A stretch of DNA of 64,000 nucleotides, taken from contig DATBJE010000267.1 of assembly GCA_036556565.1 (NCBI GenBank), positions 166 to 64,165 of the forward strand. Reading direction: 5' to 3'. Origin of the DNA: Gaiellaceae bacterium (GTDB lineage: Bacteria > Actinomycetota > Thermoleophilia > Gaiellales > Gaiellaceae). The position numbers and the translations under genes are program-made. Under the pieces are notes generated by a model. That model was given only the letters and a program-made list of their open reading frames with translations, ran no database searches and had not been told where the DNA came from. Of this stretch, positions 26,548 to 35,844 are shown piece by piece (the stretch's first letter is position 1; the number at the start of each line of letters is the position of its first letter).

Positions 26548-26968
26548 CCGCGTAGACGTGGAGCGTGGGCTCGGGGAAGTAGAAGCCGTGGGCGACGCCG
26601 TGCGGGATCACCATCGCGGCCGGCTGATTTGAGCCCAGCTCGACGACTGCGCTCACCCCTTCCGTCTCGGAGCCCCTGCGAAGGTCGCGAAGACCGACGA
26701 TGGCTCGGCCGAACGGGACGGTGAGGTAGTCGTCGTGGCGGACGTGGACGTGGACGCCGCGCAGAACGTCCGCGTTCGACTGCACGGCATTCCACTGGAT
26801 CGGCGCGATCCCGGTGGGCCACTCCGCGCGGTACAGCTCCGTGAACGAGCCGCGCTCGTCGGCGTGGGGCCTGAGCGGATGGACGAGCGTGCCGAGAGGC
26901 AGTACCGGGGGTGCCGCAACCTGCAACGGCGCACTTATATCGCGGTCACGGGACCGGCGTGACGGCAA
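26384..26968 (-). CDS. RmlC-like cupin (NDP-4-keto-6-deoxyhexose 3,5-epimerase family), copy 1
   Basis: HADERGSFTELY, LRGVHVH, VIPHGVAHGF, YAVSEYWNPADE. Start may be TTG 26926 rather than 26968. Confidence 0.8.
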   Translation of the reverse strand: MPSRRSRDRDISAPLQVAAPPVLPLGTLVHPLRPHADERGSFTELYRAEWPTGIAPIQWNAVQSNADVLRGVHVHVRHDDYLTVPFGRAIVGLRDLRRGSETEGVSAVVELGSNQPAAMVIPHGVAHGFYFPEPTLHVYAVSEYWNPADELGCRWDDPDLEIPWPTETPRVSERDAAAPPLQGLMKQLEAWQPI

Positions 26969-29045
26969 CCTCCGCGCCCAGCTCTCGCGTGTCGGCTTCG
27001 CCGTAGTCCGCAGGCGAGAAGGTCGGCGTCGCCTGGATCAACAGCTGGTACGGCGCCTTCGGCGTCCTCAGCGTGAAGCTTCGGCTCCGGCCCGTCCCGA
27101 CCATCCAGGTTGCCGAGTCGGTTGCGACGCTGGCGTCGCCGAGAGGGACTGCTCGAATCGTGACCTGCGCCGCCGGGCTGGGCCTCCGCCAGCTCCGACG
27201 AGAGATTCGAACCCGGACCCGGCCGGGCGTATAGCGCGTGTAGGAGCCCTCCGCGCCCATCCAGCCGTCCCGGTACACGCCGTCCAGCCTGCCGGCGAGA
27301 CGGAGTGGCGGTGCAACGCGGTAGAGCGCCAGCGGGGGACGCAGCGCGAGCAGCCTCCCGTCGAGATCGAGGGTGCTGGGCACGACGGCATACGACACGG
27401 GCACCGGACTGGCGATCCGACCGGTCCCCGGGTCGAGCGCAACGGGCGTCTCCGTGAGCGGCGCCGGCTCGGGCGGCCCCACCGTGAGGACTTCGTCGAG
27501 ACTGCGGTTCCAGAACTCGGTCTGCCACATGATCTGGGCCTCGCCGACCAGGTCCGAGGTGGTTCCGTAGATGTACGCCGCGCGAGCGTCGGTCCCGATC
27601 TCCTCGTCGATCCAGCTCGGCGCCGATGGCGTAGTCAGCGCCAGGGTGGCTCTGGCGTGATCGCGGACGGCGCCGTAGATCGCGTACGACGAGAGCACGA
27701 GGAAGAGCGCGACTCCGGCCGGGAGCGCAACCGCAGCGACCCGGCGTGGAAGGAAGACGAACGCAAGAGCAGCCCCCAGGCCGCCGACCCAGAGCAGCAC
27801 CTCCACGGTGTCGATTCCGCCCCGGATGAGGTCCGAGAGCCGCAGGAGCGGGATCAGCCCGAAGGTGTCCGAGAGGATCCCGATGTTCAGCAGGCTCTTG
27901 AGATCCAGCGTGAGGAGAAGCGCAGCCGGAACCACGGCGGCGACGAGCGCCAGTACGCGTGGCCGGGGCAGTCCACGGAAGAGCCAGAGGCTGAAGGCGA
28001 GGAACAGCAGCGGCGAGACGGAGAACATGTTCCGCTCCTCGATCCGCAGCGCGAAGCGCGAGGCGAAGACACCGACCTCGAGGACCACCAGGACGAAGGC
28101 CGATGTGGCGACTGCCAGGAAGGCCCGCTCCGCCGTGGTGGTCGCGGAGCCTCGGAGCGCGAGGACCAGCAGCACGACGAGCGCGCTCACCGGAATCACC
28201 GCGACGGAGAGCGTCAGCTCGGCGAAGTGGTCGATCACCCAGGACCAGGCATTCGAGAGGTCGTACTCCACCTTCAGGACACCGCCGTAGGAGCCGAGCC
28301 CGGATTCGAGCCCGACTCCCTGGCGGGCCTTGATCGCGGCATAGCCGACCGCGGCAAGAAGAACGGCGGCTGCGGACGGCAGATAGCGGCGGAGCTCGCG
28401 CACGACCTCCCGCAACGATTTCGGCCCGTCCGGTGCGCGGAGGTCCAAGACGAGCTTGAGCCCCAGCGCCACGATGTAGACGGGCAGAAGCACGATCCCC
28501 TGCACGCGGACGAAGTACGTGATCCCGATCGCGGCGAGAACAAGTGCCTGGCGGATCAGGGTCGGCCGCTCGAGGGCCAGCGCCATCAGGAACATCGTGA
28601 GAACGGCCGCGAGGAGATAGCCGTTCTCCGTCATCAGCATGCCGCTGTAGATCTGCGCAGGCATCAGCAGCACAAGGGCGACGGGCAGAAGCGCCTGGAC
28701 CGGCGACATCAGGCGCTTCGCCCAGAAGTAGACCGGGATCGCGGCGGCGACCATCAGCACGCCGTTGATCGCCTGGGCCAGCCGATACGCCGTCGACACG
28801 GGATCGGCCAGCCACGCCGGCGCGATCACGGCCGGATAGAGCTTGTTGAAGAGGAACGACGGCTGGTCGCGGAGGAGAAACTCACCTTCCTCGGCGAAGC
28901 TCTTCGCCTGCCCGGAGTAGAGCAGCTCGTCGATCATGATCCAGGGAGTCGCGATCCCCAGCGCGAGAGCCAGGCGCACGAGGAACGCGAGCAACAGCGC
29001 GCCCGACAGGAGCAGCGGAACCGTCAGCGCGTGTTCTCGGACCAC
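26946..29045 (-). CDS. GT-C fold membrane glycosyltransferase (ArnT/PMT_2-like) with C-terminal extracytoplasmic domain, paralogue 2
   Basis: The track ORF extends to 29591 across the upstream GT4. I place the start at in-frame GTG 29045 (VVREHALTVPLLL). WIMIDELLYSGQAKSF loop motif, many TM helices; tail shares WQTEFWNRS, VYRDGWMG and PTFSPADYGEADTRELGA with 8063..10249. Confidence 0.75.
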   Translation of the reverse strand: MVREHALTVPLLLSGALLLAFLVRLALALGIATPWIMIDELLYSGQAKSFAEEGEFLLRDQPSFLFNKLYPAVIAPAWLADPVSTAYRLAQAINGVLMVAAAIPVYFWAKRLMSPVQALLPVALVLLMPAQIYSGMLMTENGYLLAAVLTMFLMALALERPTLIRQALVLAAIGITYFVRVQGIVLLPVYIVALGLKLVLDLRAPDGPKSLREVVRELRRYLPSAAAVLLAAVGYAAIKARQGVGLESGLGSYGGVLKVEYDLSNAWSWVIDHFAELTLSVAVIPVSALVVLLVLALRGSATTTAERAFLAVATSAFVLVVLEVGVFASRFALRIEERNMFSVSPLLFLAFSLWLFRGLPRPRVLALVAAVVPAALLLTLDLKSLLNIGILSDTFGLIPLLRLSDLIRGGIDTVEVLLWVGGLGAALAFVFLPRRVAAVALPAGVALFLVLSSYAIYGAVRDHARATLALTTPSAPSWIDEEIGTDARAAYIYGTTSDLVGEAQIMWQTEFWNRSLDEVLTVGPPEPAPLTETPVALDPGTGRIASPVPVSYAVVPSTLDLDGRLLALRPPLALYRVAPPLRLAGRLDGVYRDGWMGAEGSYTRYTPGRVRVRISRRSWRRPSPAAQVTIRAVPLGDASVATDSATWMVGTGRSRSFTLRTPKAPYQLLIQATPTFSPADYGEADTRELGAEVAVTPVP

Positions 29046-29091
29046 GCGCTCGAAGCGCGATGCGCCGAACTCGCCCTTTCCGACCTGCGAC

Positions 29092-30321
29092 TCAGTTGCC
29101 AAGGCCGACCTCGCGGGCGCGGGCGGCAACTTCGGAGAGCTCGGGATCGTTCTCGTCGATGCCCACCTCGTGCGCTGCCTCGGCGACGTCTCTGACCACC
29201 GCGTCGCGCACGTTCGAGCCGCCTCCGATCTCCTCGAGCGCCTGCACGTAGAGGTCGGCGACGTGGCCGAGATCGTGCTCGGTCCGCGCCGCGTCGGCGG
29301 CGGCCTCACCCATCCTCCGGCGGAGCCCGTCGTCGCCTGAGATCCGCTCGAGCACGCCGGCGAGCGCCTCGATCTCCCGGTCGTCCACGGGGACCTTCGC
29401 GGCCACGGCGTCCGGCAGCTCCGAGAACCAGCCGATGTCGCTGACCACGAGCGGCTTGCCGAGCGAGAGCGTCCTGACGACCATCCCCGAGGTCTCGCCC
29501 ATCGTCGGCGACCGAAGGCTCGCGACGATGTCGCACGCGGCCAGGCTCCGCCACAGCGCTTGCTCGTCGAGATGCTCGAGCCTGAGCACACCCCGCTCCT
29601 GCCCGACCGTGTCGAGCTTCACGTCCGGCGCGGTCGAGCCGCCCAGGACGAGCAGCGCCTCGGGGAACCGGCTGCGGAGGCGCTCGAAAGCCGCAAGGAG
29701 CTGCGGGACGCGTTTCGCGCCGTTGAGGTACCCGAAGCAGCCGATGACCGGGAACCTCCCCTCGTGCTCCGGCACCTCGCCGAGCTCCGGCGAGGGCCAC
29801 GCGGGCATCGGCACGACGCGGATCGGACCGTCGTAGCCGTAGCCGATCAGCTTGGCCTCGACGTACCTCGAGTGGCAGATGACGCCGTCGGCGCGGTCGA
29901 GCACCACGGATGTGAGCGGGAAGTCCTCGGCGCGCTCCTCCCAGATCGGCGGAAGCAGCTGGTCGACGACACCGTGCGCGAGGAGCCGCCCGACGACACC
30001 GGCGTCACGCTGCATCGCGTCGAGATAGCCCTCGGCGTCACCTCTCCCCAGCGTCATGCCCGCGACGAGGTGGTGGAGGACGAAGTCATGGAGCACGACG
30101 AGCCCCGGCCGGCGCCGCAGCGCGTCGACGATCCACGCGTGGGCGTCCGGGTTGTTGCCGACGTGGTAGAGCGCGACGTCAGTGCCGCGCGGCGGCTTCG
30201 TCTTCCCCCGCTTCGCAACACGTACGTCGATCCGCTCGCCGAGCGCCGGGAGCAGGAGGGCGCTGTAGTCCGAGATGCCGGAGCGCTCTGGCGGCAGCGG
30301 CGAGAAGTACGCGACCTTCAC
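29092..30321 (-). CDS. Glycosyltransferase, GT4 family
   Basis: GTG 30321 (VKVAYFSPLPPERSGISDYS) forms a GTGA overlap with the upstream gene. GETSGMVVRTLSLGKPLVVS region. Confidence 0.8.
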   Translation of the reverse strand: MKVAYFSPLPPERSGISDYSALLLPALGERIDVRVAKRGKTKPPRGTDVALYHVGNNPDAHAWIVDALRRRPGLVVLHDFVLHHLVAGMTLGRGDAEGYLDAMQRDAGVVGRLLAHGVVDQLLPPIWEERAEDFPLTSVVLDRADGVICHSRYVEAKLIGYGYDGPIRVVPMPAWPSPELGEVPEHEGRFPVIGCFGYLNGAKRVPQLLAAFERLRSRFPEALLVLGGSTAPDVKLDTVGQERGVLRLEHLDEQALWRSLAACDIVASLRSPTMGETSGMVVRTLSLGKPLVVSDIGWFSELPDAVAAKVPVDDREIEALAGVLERISGDDGLRRRMGEAAADAARTEHDLGHVADLYVQALEEIGGGSNVRDAVVRDVAEAAHEVGIDENDPELSEVAARAREVGLGN

Positions 30322-31346
30322 GCGGCCAGCAGCCGGTCGACGACGGCGTCCCAGGTGATCCGCTCGGCCACCTGCTTGCCGGACCGACCCCAGGCTCGAG
30401 CCTCTTCTTGGTGCGCCGCGAGCCACGCGCACGCCTCCGCCACCCCGGCGGCCGCAGGCTCGCAGACGAGCCCGTTCTGACGATCGACGACGACCTCCAG
30501 TGGCCCACCCGCATCACGCGTGGTGACCACGGGCTTCTCGGCGAGGAACGCCTCGTAGGGGACGAGTCCGAAGTCCTCGTCGAACGGCGCGTAGAAGACG
30601 GCGATGCACTTCGCGTAGAGATCGGCCAGCTCGTCGTCGGTGACGCGCCCTGGGAACGTGACGCGGCCGTCGAGCCCGTGTTCGCGGCTCAGGCGCTCGA
30701 GGCGCTCGCGATCCGGTCCCTCACCGGCGACGACGAGCTCGAGCCCGTCGTCGAGCGCGGCGGCCTCGAGGAGGAGATCGACCCGCTTGGCCCGGTCGAG
30801 CCGGCCGACCGAGAGGATGTACTCGCCGTCCTGGGGCGGCCGGTACGCAAGCTGCTGTGGCGGAGGCGGGAGGACCTCGGCGTGGAGCCCCGTGGAGCTC
30901 TTCAACCGGTCGGCGACGTTCTTCGAGATCGCGAACAGCCGGCGGGCCTCGGCGAGGGTCTTCCGGTCGACGCGGTGCACAGCGCGAACGGTCGCCCGGT
31001 CGAACGGGTCCTCGCCGAACTGCCCGTACTCGGCGCGGTCGAGCTCGTAGGCCTGGCGGAACTGGTGCACAAGCCAGACGACCTTGTTCGGATGCCGAAT
31101 CGCGTAGGACGGGAACTTCGTCGCGATCACCAGGTCGACTGGATCGGAATGCGTCTGGTCGAGATCGAGCAAACGCCACTGCAGCGCCTCACGGAGCACC
31201 GCGGCGCCGGGGTACCACTTGAACGGGAGCCGGATCTCCTCGACCTCGTGGCCGCGCTGCCGCAGCTGCACCGACAGGCTCTCGGCCAGGATCTCGGTGC
31301 CGCCGCGCTCGAAGAGGACCTGCGGCGCACAGACCGCGATCCTCAT
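30318..31346 (-). CDS. Glycosyltransferase, GT4 family
   Basis: MRIAVCAPQVLFERGGTEILAESL; DEDFGLVPYEAFLAEKPVVTT EX7E region. Confidence 0.85.
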   Translation of the reverse strand: MRIAVCAPQVLFERGGTEILAESLSVQLRQRGHEVEEIRLPFKWYPGAAVLREALQWRLLDLDQTHSDPVDLVIATKFPSYAIRHPNKVVWLVHQFRQAYELDRAEYGQFGEDPFDRATVRAVHRVDRKTLAEARRLFAISKNVADRLKSSTGLHAEVLPPPPQQLAYRPPQDGEYILSVGRLDRAKRVDLLLEAAALDDGLELVVAGEGPDRERLERLSREHGLDGRVTFPGRVTDDELADLYAKCIAVFYAPFDEDFGLVPYEAFLAEKPVVTTRDAGGPLEVVVDRQNGLVCEPAAAGVAEACAWLAAHQEEARAWGRSGKQVAERITWDAVVDRLLAA

Positions 31347-31693
31347 CTCCGCTGGTTGTCCAGCCTCGCCTCGAGCGACTCGACCTGCTGCTCGAGCCGC
31401 CGGACCTCGTCAGCGAGCTCGTCCACGAGCGTGAGGAGAGCGAGGTTGAAGGAGCGTTGCTGCGCGGCGACGGGCTCGACGTACCAGCGCATCAGCTTCC
31501 GGAGCAGGCGCTTGACCGGAACGACGAGGTACGCCTGGACCCCACCGTGTCGCGTGGGCGACCCCTCGAACGGCCGCTCGGCGGTGACCGCCCAGGCGCG
31601 CTCCGCCCGCGCACGCGAAGCGTCCGGATTCGCGCGAATCTCGTCGCGGAGCCGGGTGACGATCCCCGCGATGTCGCCTTCGACGTCGGCCAT
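31343..31693 (-). CDS. Small coiled-coil protein, unknown function
   Basis: 116 aa. LLRKLMRWYVEPVAAQQRSFNLALLTLVDELADEVRRLEQQVESLEARL resembles the N-terminal coiled-coil module often fused to O-antigen methyltransferases or GTs. 4-nt overlap downstream. Confidence 0.55.
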   Translation of the reverse strand: MADVEGDIAGIVTRLRDEIRANPDASRARAERAWAVTAERPFEGSPTRHGGVQAYLVVPVKRLLRKLMRWYVEPVAAQQRSFNLALLTLVDELADEVRRLEQQVESLEARLDNQRR

Positions 31694-31702
31694 TCGGCCA
31701 GT

Positions 31703-32083
31703 CTAGGCGCCCTCCGCGCGTGCCCCCTGCTCACGCCGCTCGTGCAGCCGCAGCCGCTCCTCGACCAGCGCGAGGTCCTGCGCGAGACGGACGTTCTTCT
31801 CCGCGAGCTCGGAGATCACCGTCGAGTAGTGGAGCAGCACGACGAGGATGAACAGGAAGCCGATCACGAAGAGCGCAGAGGGCGGATAGGCGATCCCGAT
31901 CTGCTCCGCCACGAGCCGCAGCGCGTCGCGCCAGGCCGAGAGGATGAGGATCACGCCACCGGTGATGAGCCACAGGAGTGCGTAGCGCTCCTGGAGGCGG
32001 CGGCTCCGGATCAGCTCGAAGATGACGAGCAGGAAGATCAGGGCTGCGATCGAGGCGACGATCGCGATGCGATACGGGATCAT
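31703..32083 (-). CDS. DUF2304-like small membrane protein (module 1)
   Basis: 126 aa, 3-4 TM helices plus a coiled-coil tail. ELIRSRRLQERYALLWL and IGIAYPPSALF match 54417..54830. 4-nt overlap with the upstream GT2. Confidence 0.75.
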   Translation of the reverse strand: MIPYRIAIVASIAALIFLLVIFELIRSRRLQERYALLWLITGGVILILSAWRDALRLVAEQIGIAYPPSALFVIGFLFILVVLLHYSTVISELAEKNVRLAQDLALVEERLRLHERREQGARAEGA

Positions 32084-32823
32084 GGTTCCTCCTCCAGACG
32101 GACGGCGGGCCTGCGGAACAGGCTCACGAACACGGCCAGGAGCACCTTCGCCGTGTAGAAGAGCGAGAGCGGCACGGTCAGCGACGAGCGCCCGAGCTCG
32201 CGCTCGCGCATGACGACCGGGACCTCCTTCATCCGCAGTCGGTACTTCCCGGCGAGGACGGTGGCCTCGACGGTCTCCAGGAAGCCGTGCGGGTAGTCGG
32301 CGGCAAAGAGGGAGAGGCTTCGGCGGTTGAGCGCCCGGAAGGACGAGCTCGTGTCGGTCAGCGGCTCACGGACGACGAGCGAGACCACTCGCGCGAAGAT
32401 CCGCTGACCGAGCCGGCGCACGCCTCGCGCGCGGTAGGTGCCGAGACCGGCGTAGCGAGAGCCGATGACGATGTCGGCCTCTCCCGCGAGGATCGGCTCG
32501 AGGATCAGCGGCAGCTGGCTCGGATCGTGCTGGCCGTCGGCGTCGACCTGGACCGCGACGTCGAAGCCGTTGGCGAGCGCGTAGCGGTACCCGGTCTGCA
32601 CGGCGCCGCCGATCCCGAGGTTGAAGGGCAGTCGGAGGAGCGTGCCGCCGGCGGCCTCGGCGACCGTGCCGGTGGCGTCGTCGGACCCGTCGTCGACCAC
32701 GACGACGGTGAAGTCCGGGTCGACGTCGCGGATCTCCTGGATCACTCGTCCGACCGTCGCGGCCTCGTTGAGTGCCGGGACGATCGCGATGCACCGCTTC
32801 CGCGGCGGCGGCGGCTGGTTCAC
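32080..32823 (-). CDS. Polyprenyl-phosphate sugar synthase-like GT2 (PpgS/ArnC/DPM1 type), module 1
   Basis: CIAIVPALNEAATVGRV, VVVVDDGSDDAT, NLGIGGAVQTGY, VQVDADGQHDP, DTSSSFRALNRR. Confidence 0.8.
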   Translation of the reverse strand: MNQPPPPRKRCIAIVPALNEAATVGRVIQEIRDVDPDFTVVVVDDGSDDATGTVAEAAGGTLLRLPFNLGIGGAVQTGYRYALANGFDVAVQVDADGQHDPSQLPLILEPILAGEADIVIGSRYAGLGTYRARGVRRLGQRIFARVVSLVVREPLTDTSSSFRALNRRSLSLFAADYPHGFLETVEATVLAGKYRLRMKEVPVVMRERELGRSSLTVPLSLFYTAKVLLAVFVSLFRRPAVRLEEEP

Positions 32824-32831
32824 GGCGCGAG

Positions 32832-32842
32832 CATTCTAGGGA
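32832..32842 (-). promoter_or_regulatory. TCCCTAGAATG motif (contains -10-like TAGAAT) ending 8 nt upstream of the PpgS-like GTG start (9 nt after TAGAAT)
   Basis: Identical 11-mer to 10257..10267, in the same orientation and near-identical distance from a GTG start. Confidence 0.5.
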
Positions 32843-32872
32843 GGTAGTCTGCCGTCCCGGCCGAGCGAGCCC

Positions 32873-34018
32873 TTGCGTATCTGCCTCGTCTACGACTGTC
32901 TCTACCCGTACACGGTCGGCGGTGCCGAGCGGTGGTACCGGAACCTCGGTGAACGCCTGGCGGGCGCGGGGCACGAGGTGACGTACCTGACGCTCCGGCA
33001 GTGGGACGACGACGACGCCCCCGTGATTCCGGGCGTGAACGTGGTGGTGGTCGGCCCACGGTTCCAGCTCTACACCGAGAGCGGCCGGCGGCGGATCTGG
33101 CCGCCGCTGCGGTTCGGCGTCGGCGTCTTCCGCTACCTGCTCCGGCATCGCCGGCGATTCGATGTCGTCCACACGGCGGCGACGCCCTTCTTCGGCCTGA
33201 TCGCGATCGGCCTGCTCCGCCGATCCGGGCGCTATCGACTGGTCGTCGACTGGCACGAGGTGTGGACGCGCGCGTACTGGCAGGAGTACCTCGGCAGGGT
33301 AGGAGGCTGGGTCGGCTGGCGAGTCCAGCGGTGGTGCGCCCGCATCCCGCATCGGGCGTTCTGCTTCTCGCGCCTCCATGCACGGCGTCTCCGCGAGGAG
33401 GGGTACAGCGCCGAACCAACCGTGCTCGAGGGCGAGTACGCGGGCCCGGTCGATCTCGCGCAGCGCGATCCCACCGACCCGGTCGTGGTCTACGCGGGAC
33501 GGCACATCCCGGAGAAGCGCGTGCCCGAGCTCGTGCGCGCGTTCCGCGTGGTTCGCGACCGGACTGCCGAGCTGCGCTGCGTGATCTTCGGCGACGGGCC
33601 CGATCGGCCCGAGGTTCTGCGGCTGATCGACGAGCTCGACCTGAGCCAGGCGGTCGAGGCGCCCGGCTTCGTCGACGGCGACGAGGTCGACCAGGCGCTG
33701 CGCAAGGCCACCTGCCTGGCGCTCCCCTCCCGCCGGGAGGGCTACGGCCTCGTCGTCGTGGAGGCGTCGGCCCGCGGGACTCCCAGCGTGGTCGTGGTCG
33801 ACGAGGACAACGCCGCCGTCGAGCTGGTGGAGGACGGCGTCAACGGCGTGATCGCGCCCTCGGCCGGTCCCGACGACCTGGCGGCGGCGATCCTGCGCGT
33901 GCACGACGCCGGCGCCGAGATGCGCGCGTCGACGGCCGAGTGGTTCGCCCGGAACGAGCGACGGCTCTCGCTCGAGAGCTCCCTCGAGACGGTCGTCGAG
34001 ACCTACGGTCGCGGCTAG
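32873..34018 (+). CDS. Glycosyltransferase, GT4 family
   Basis: TTG start. MRICLVYDCLYPYTVGGAERWY; REGYGLVVVEASARGTPSVVV EX7E region. Confidence 0.85.
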   Translation: MRICLVYDCLYPYTVGGAERWYRNLGERLAGAGHEVTYLTLRQWDDDDAPVIPGVNVVVVGPRFQLYTESGRRRIWPPLRFGVGVFRYLLRHRRRFDVVHTAATPFFGLIAIGLLRRSGRYRLVVDWHEVWTRAYWQEYLGRVGGWVGWRVQRWCARIPHRAFCFSRLHARRLREEGYSAEPTVLEGEYAGPVDLAQRDPTDPVVVYAGRHIPEKRVPELVRAFRVVRDRTAELRCVIFGDGPDRPEVLRLIDELDLSQAVEAPGFVDGDEVDQALRKATCLALPSRREGYGLVVVEASARGTPSVVVVDEDNAAVELVEDGVNGVIAPSAGPDDLAAAILRVHDAGAEMRASTAEWFARNERRLSLESSLETVVETYGRG

Positions 34019-35119
34019 ATGCACGTCGCCTACAACCTGCTCCATCTCGTGCCTGGTGAGACGGGCGGCGCCGAGATGTACGCCCGCCGGCTCCTGCCCG
34101 CCCTTCGCGAGGCGGATCCCGCGCTCGAGATGACTCTCTTTCTCGGCGGCGCGGCAGCCGACGAGGACTGGGGCGACGGCGTCCACGTCGTCCGGCTCCG
34201 CTTCGATCCCCGAAGCCGCGTCCGCAGGGTGCTCGCCGAGCAGACGCTGCTGCCGCGGGCCGTACGCGAGGCCTCGCCCGACCTGCTGCACAACCTCTTC
34301 AACACGGCGCCGCTGCTGCCCCAGGTGCCGCAGGTCACCACGATCCACGACCTCGTCTTCAAGCGCTTCCCGGAGAGCGGGCTGCTGGCCAAGGGCGTCG
34401 AGGTGGTCGTCCCGCTGGCCGCCCGCCGTTCGACCCGGATCGTCACGGACTCGGACTCGTCGAAGAGCGACCTCATCCGCTTCCTCGAGATCCCCGGCGA
34501 GACGATCGACGTCGCGACGCTGGGACCGGGACTGCCGGAGGATGCCGCGGGCCCGCCTGCCCCGGAGCTCCGCCGCAGCCTGGAGCTCGGAGATGCGCCG
34601 ATCGTCCTCAGCGTCCTGGCGAGGCGCCCGCACAAGAACGCCGAGCGCCTCCTCGAGGCCTTCGTGGGCGTGCCGGACGGGATCCTGGTCATGCCTGGCT
34701 ACGAGACCGGCCACGAGGAGGCGCTCGAACGACGGGTCGAAGCGGCGGGGCTGAGCGGCCGCGTCCGGCTCCTCGGCTGGGTCGACGACGCGACGCTCGA
34801 CGGCCTCTACCACGCGGCTGACTGCTTCGTGTTCCCGTCGCTCGCGGAGGGGTTCGGCCTGCCGGTCCTCGAGGCGATGCTGCGCGGCACGCCGGTCGCG
34901 TGCTCGAACGCGACAGCCCTGCCGGAGGTGGCGGGTGAGGCGGCGCTGCTGTTCGACCCGCTCGACGTCGAGGCGATCACCGTATCGATGCGGCGGATCC
35001 TCGAAGAGCCCGAGCTGGCGGAACGACTCCGTGCCGCCGGCCTCGAGCGGGCCAAGCGCTTCACCTGGGACGAGACGGCCCGCAGGACGCTCGACTGCTA
35101 TCGCAAGACGCTCGAGTGA
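34019..35119 (+). CDS. Glycosyltransferase, GT4 family
   Basis: LLHLVPGETGGAEMYARRL; AEGFGLPVLEAMLRGTPVACS. Confidence 0.85.
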   Translation: MHVAYNLLHLVPGETGGAEMYARRLLPALREADPALEMTLFLGGAAADEDWGDGVHVVRLRFDPRSRVRRVLAEQTLLPRAVREASPDLLHNLFNTAPLLPQVPQVTTIHDLVFKRFPESGLLAKGVEVVVPLAARRSTRIVTDSDSSKSDLIRFLEIPGETIDVATLGPGLPEDAAGPPAPELRRSLELGDAPIVLSVLARRPHKNAERLLEAFVGVPDGILVMPGYETGHEEALERRVEAAGLSGRVRLLGWVDDATLDGLYHAADCFVFPSLAEGFGLPVLEAMLRGTPVACSNATALPEVAGEAALLFDPLDVEAITVSMRRILEEPELAERLRAAGLERAKRFTWDETARRTLDCYRKTLE

Positions 35120-35844
35120 CGGCGACGGTCTACTGCGTCTACCGCCGACGGAACACGGGCATCGTCGAGCAGCTGCTCGAGCCCGTGCTCGCAGCGGGCT
35201 GGCAGGTCGGTCTCTGGGCGCTGGACGAGCCGGATCCGTCGCTCGAGGCCCACACCGCCGGCCATGGGGCCGGGACGAAGTTCGAGCTCGTCAACCGCCT
35301 GCTGGCAGAGCGGCCGCCGCCGCCTGGCTACGTAGTCGTCGCGGACGACGACGCAATCTTCGCGCGCGGCGACCTGCGTGTGTTCGTCGAGACAGCGGAA
35401 GCCGGGAGGCTCGACCTTGCCCAGCCCGCACACGTCTACCGCAGCAACATCAGCCACCGGCTGACCTGGCGACGACCGCTCTCGCGGGTGCGACTCACGA
35501 CGTTCGTCGAGATCGGCCCGATCTTCGCTGTTTCGGAGCTGTGGCGCGACCGTGTGATGCCGTTCCCGGACGGGATCGGCATGGGCTGGGGCCTCGAGCT
35601 GGACTGGATCGATCTCCAGGAGGACGGCTGCCGTCTGGGGATCGTCGACTCGACGCCGATTCGTCACCTCTCCCCCTTTGCGGCCGCGTACCCAGCGGAC
35701 GACGAGATCGCCAGGCTGACGCGCTTGCTCGAGGAGCGTGGCGCGCCGGGCTGGCGTGGGCTGCGTCGGACGCTCGCGACGTGGCGGCCGTGGCGCCGGC
35801 GACCGCCATGGGCGAATCAGGAGGGCGCCAGCAGCCGGTCGTAG
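35116..35844 (+). CDS. Uncharacterised protein, possible GT-A-like enzyme
   Basis: 242 aa with YVVVADDDAIF (DxD-like) and IGPIFAVSE. No family I can name. ATGA-type overlap upstream; R/W-rich tail overlaps the convergent GT4. Confidence 0.45.
   Translation: MTATVYCVYRRRNTGIVEQLLEPVLAAGWQVGLWALDEPDPSLEAHTAGHGAGTKFELVNRLLAERPPPPGYVVVADDDAIFARGDLRVFVETAEAGRLDLAQPAHVYRSNISHRLTWRRPLSRVRLTTFVEIGPIFAVSELWRDRVMPFPDGIGMGWGLELDWIDLQEDGCRLGIVDSTPIRHLSPFAAAYPADDEIARLTRLLEERGAPGWRGLRRTLATWRPWRRRPPWANQEGASSRS

Noticed and set aside
26384-26968. Calling the two cupins rmlC of a dTDP-L-rhamnose pathway.
   Set aside because: rmlA, rmlB and rmlD are not in the window, while GDP-sugar genes are present. The substrate nucleotide cannot be decided from sequence alone, so no gene symbol was assigned.
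32366-34813. Very long antisense ORFs, e.g. 815 aa here. Others: 23537..25324, 15729..17309, 26814..29195, 36411..38195, 1901..3670, 14249..15136, 20236..21255.
   Set aside because: Their translations are R/P/G/A/D-rich low-complexity strings with no motifs, and the opposite strand encodes clearly recognisable enzymes. Stop-codon scarcity in ~70% GC DNA explains them.
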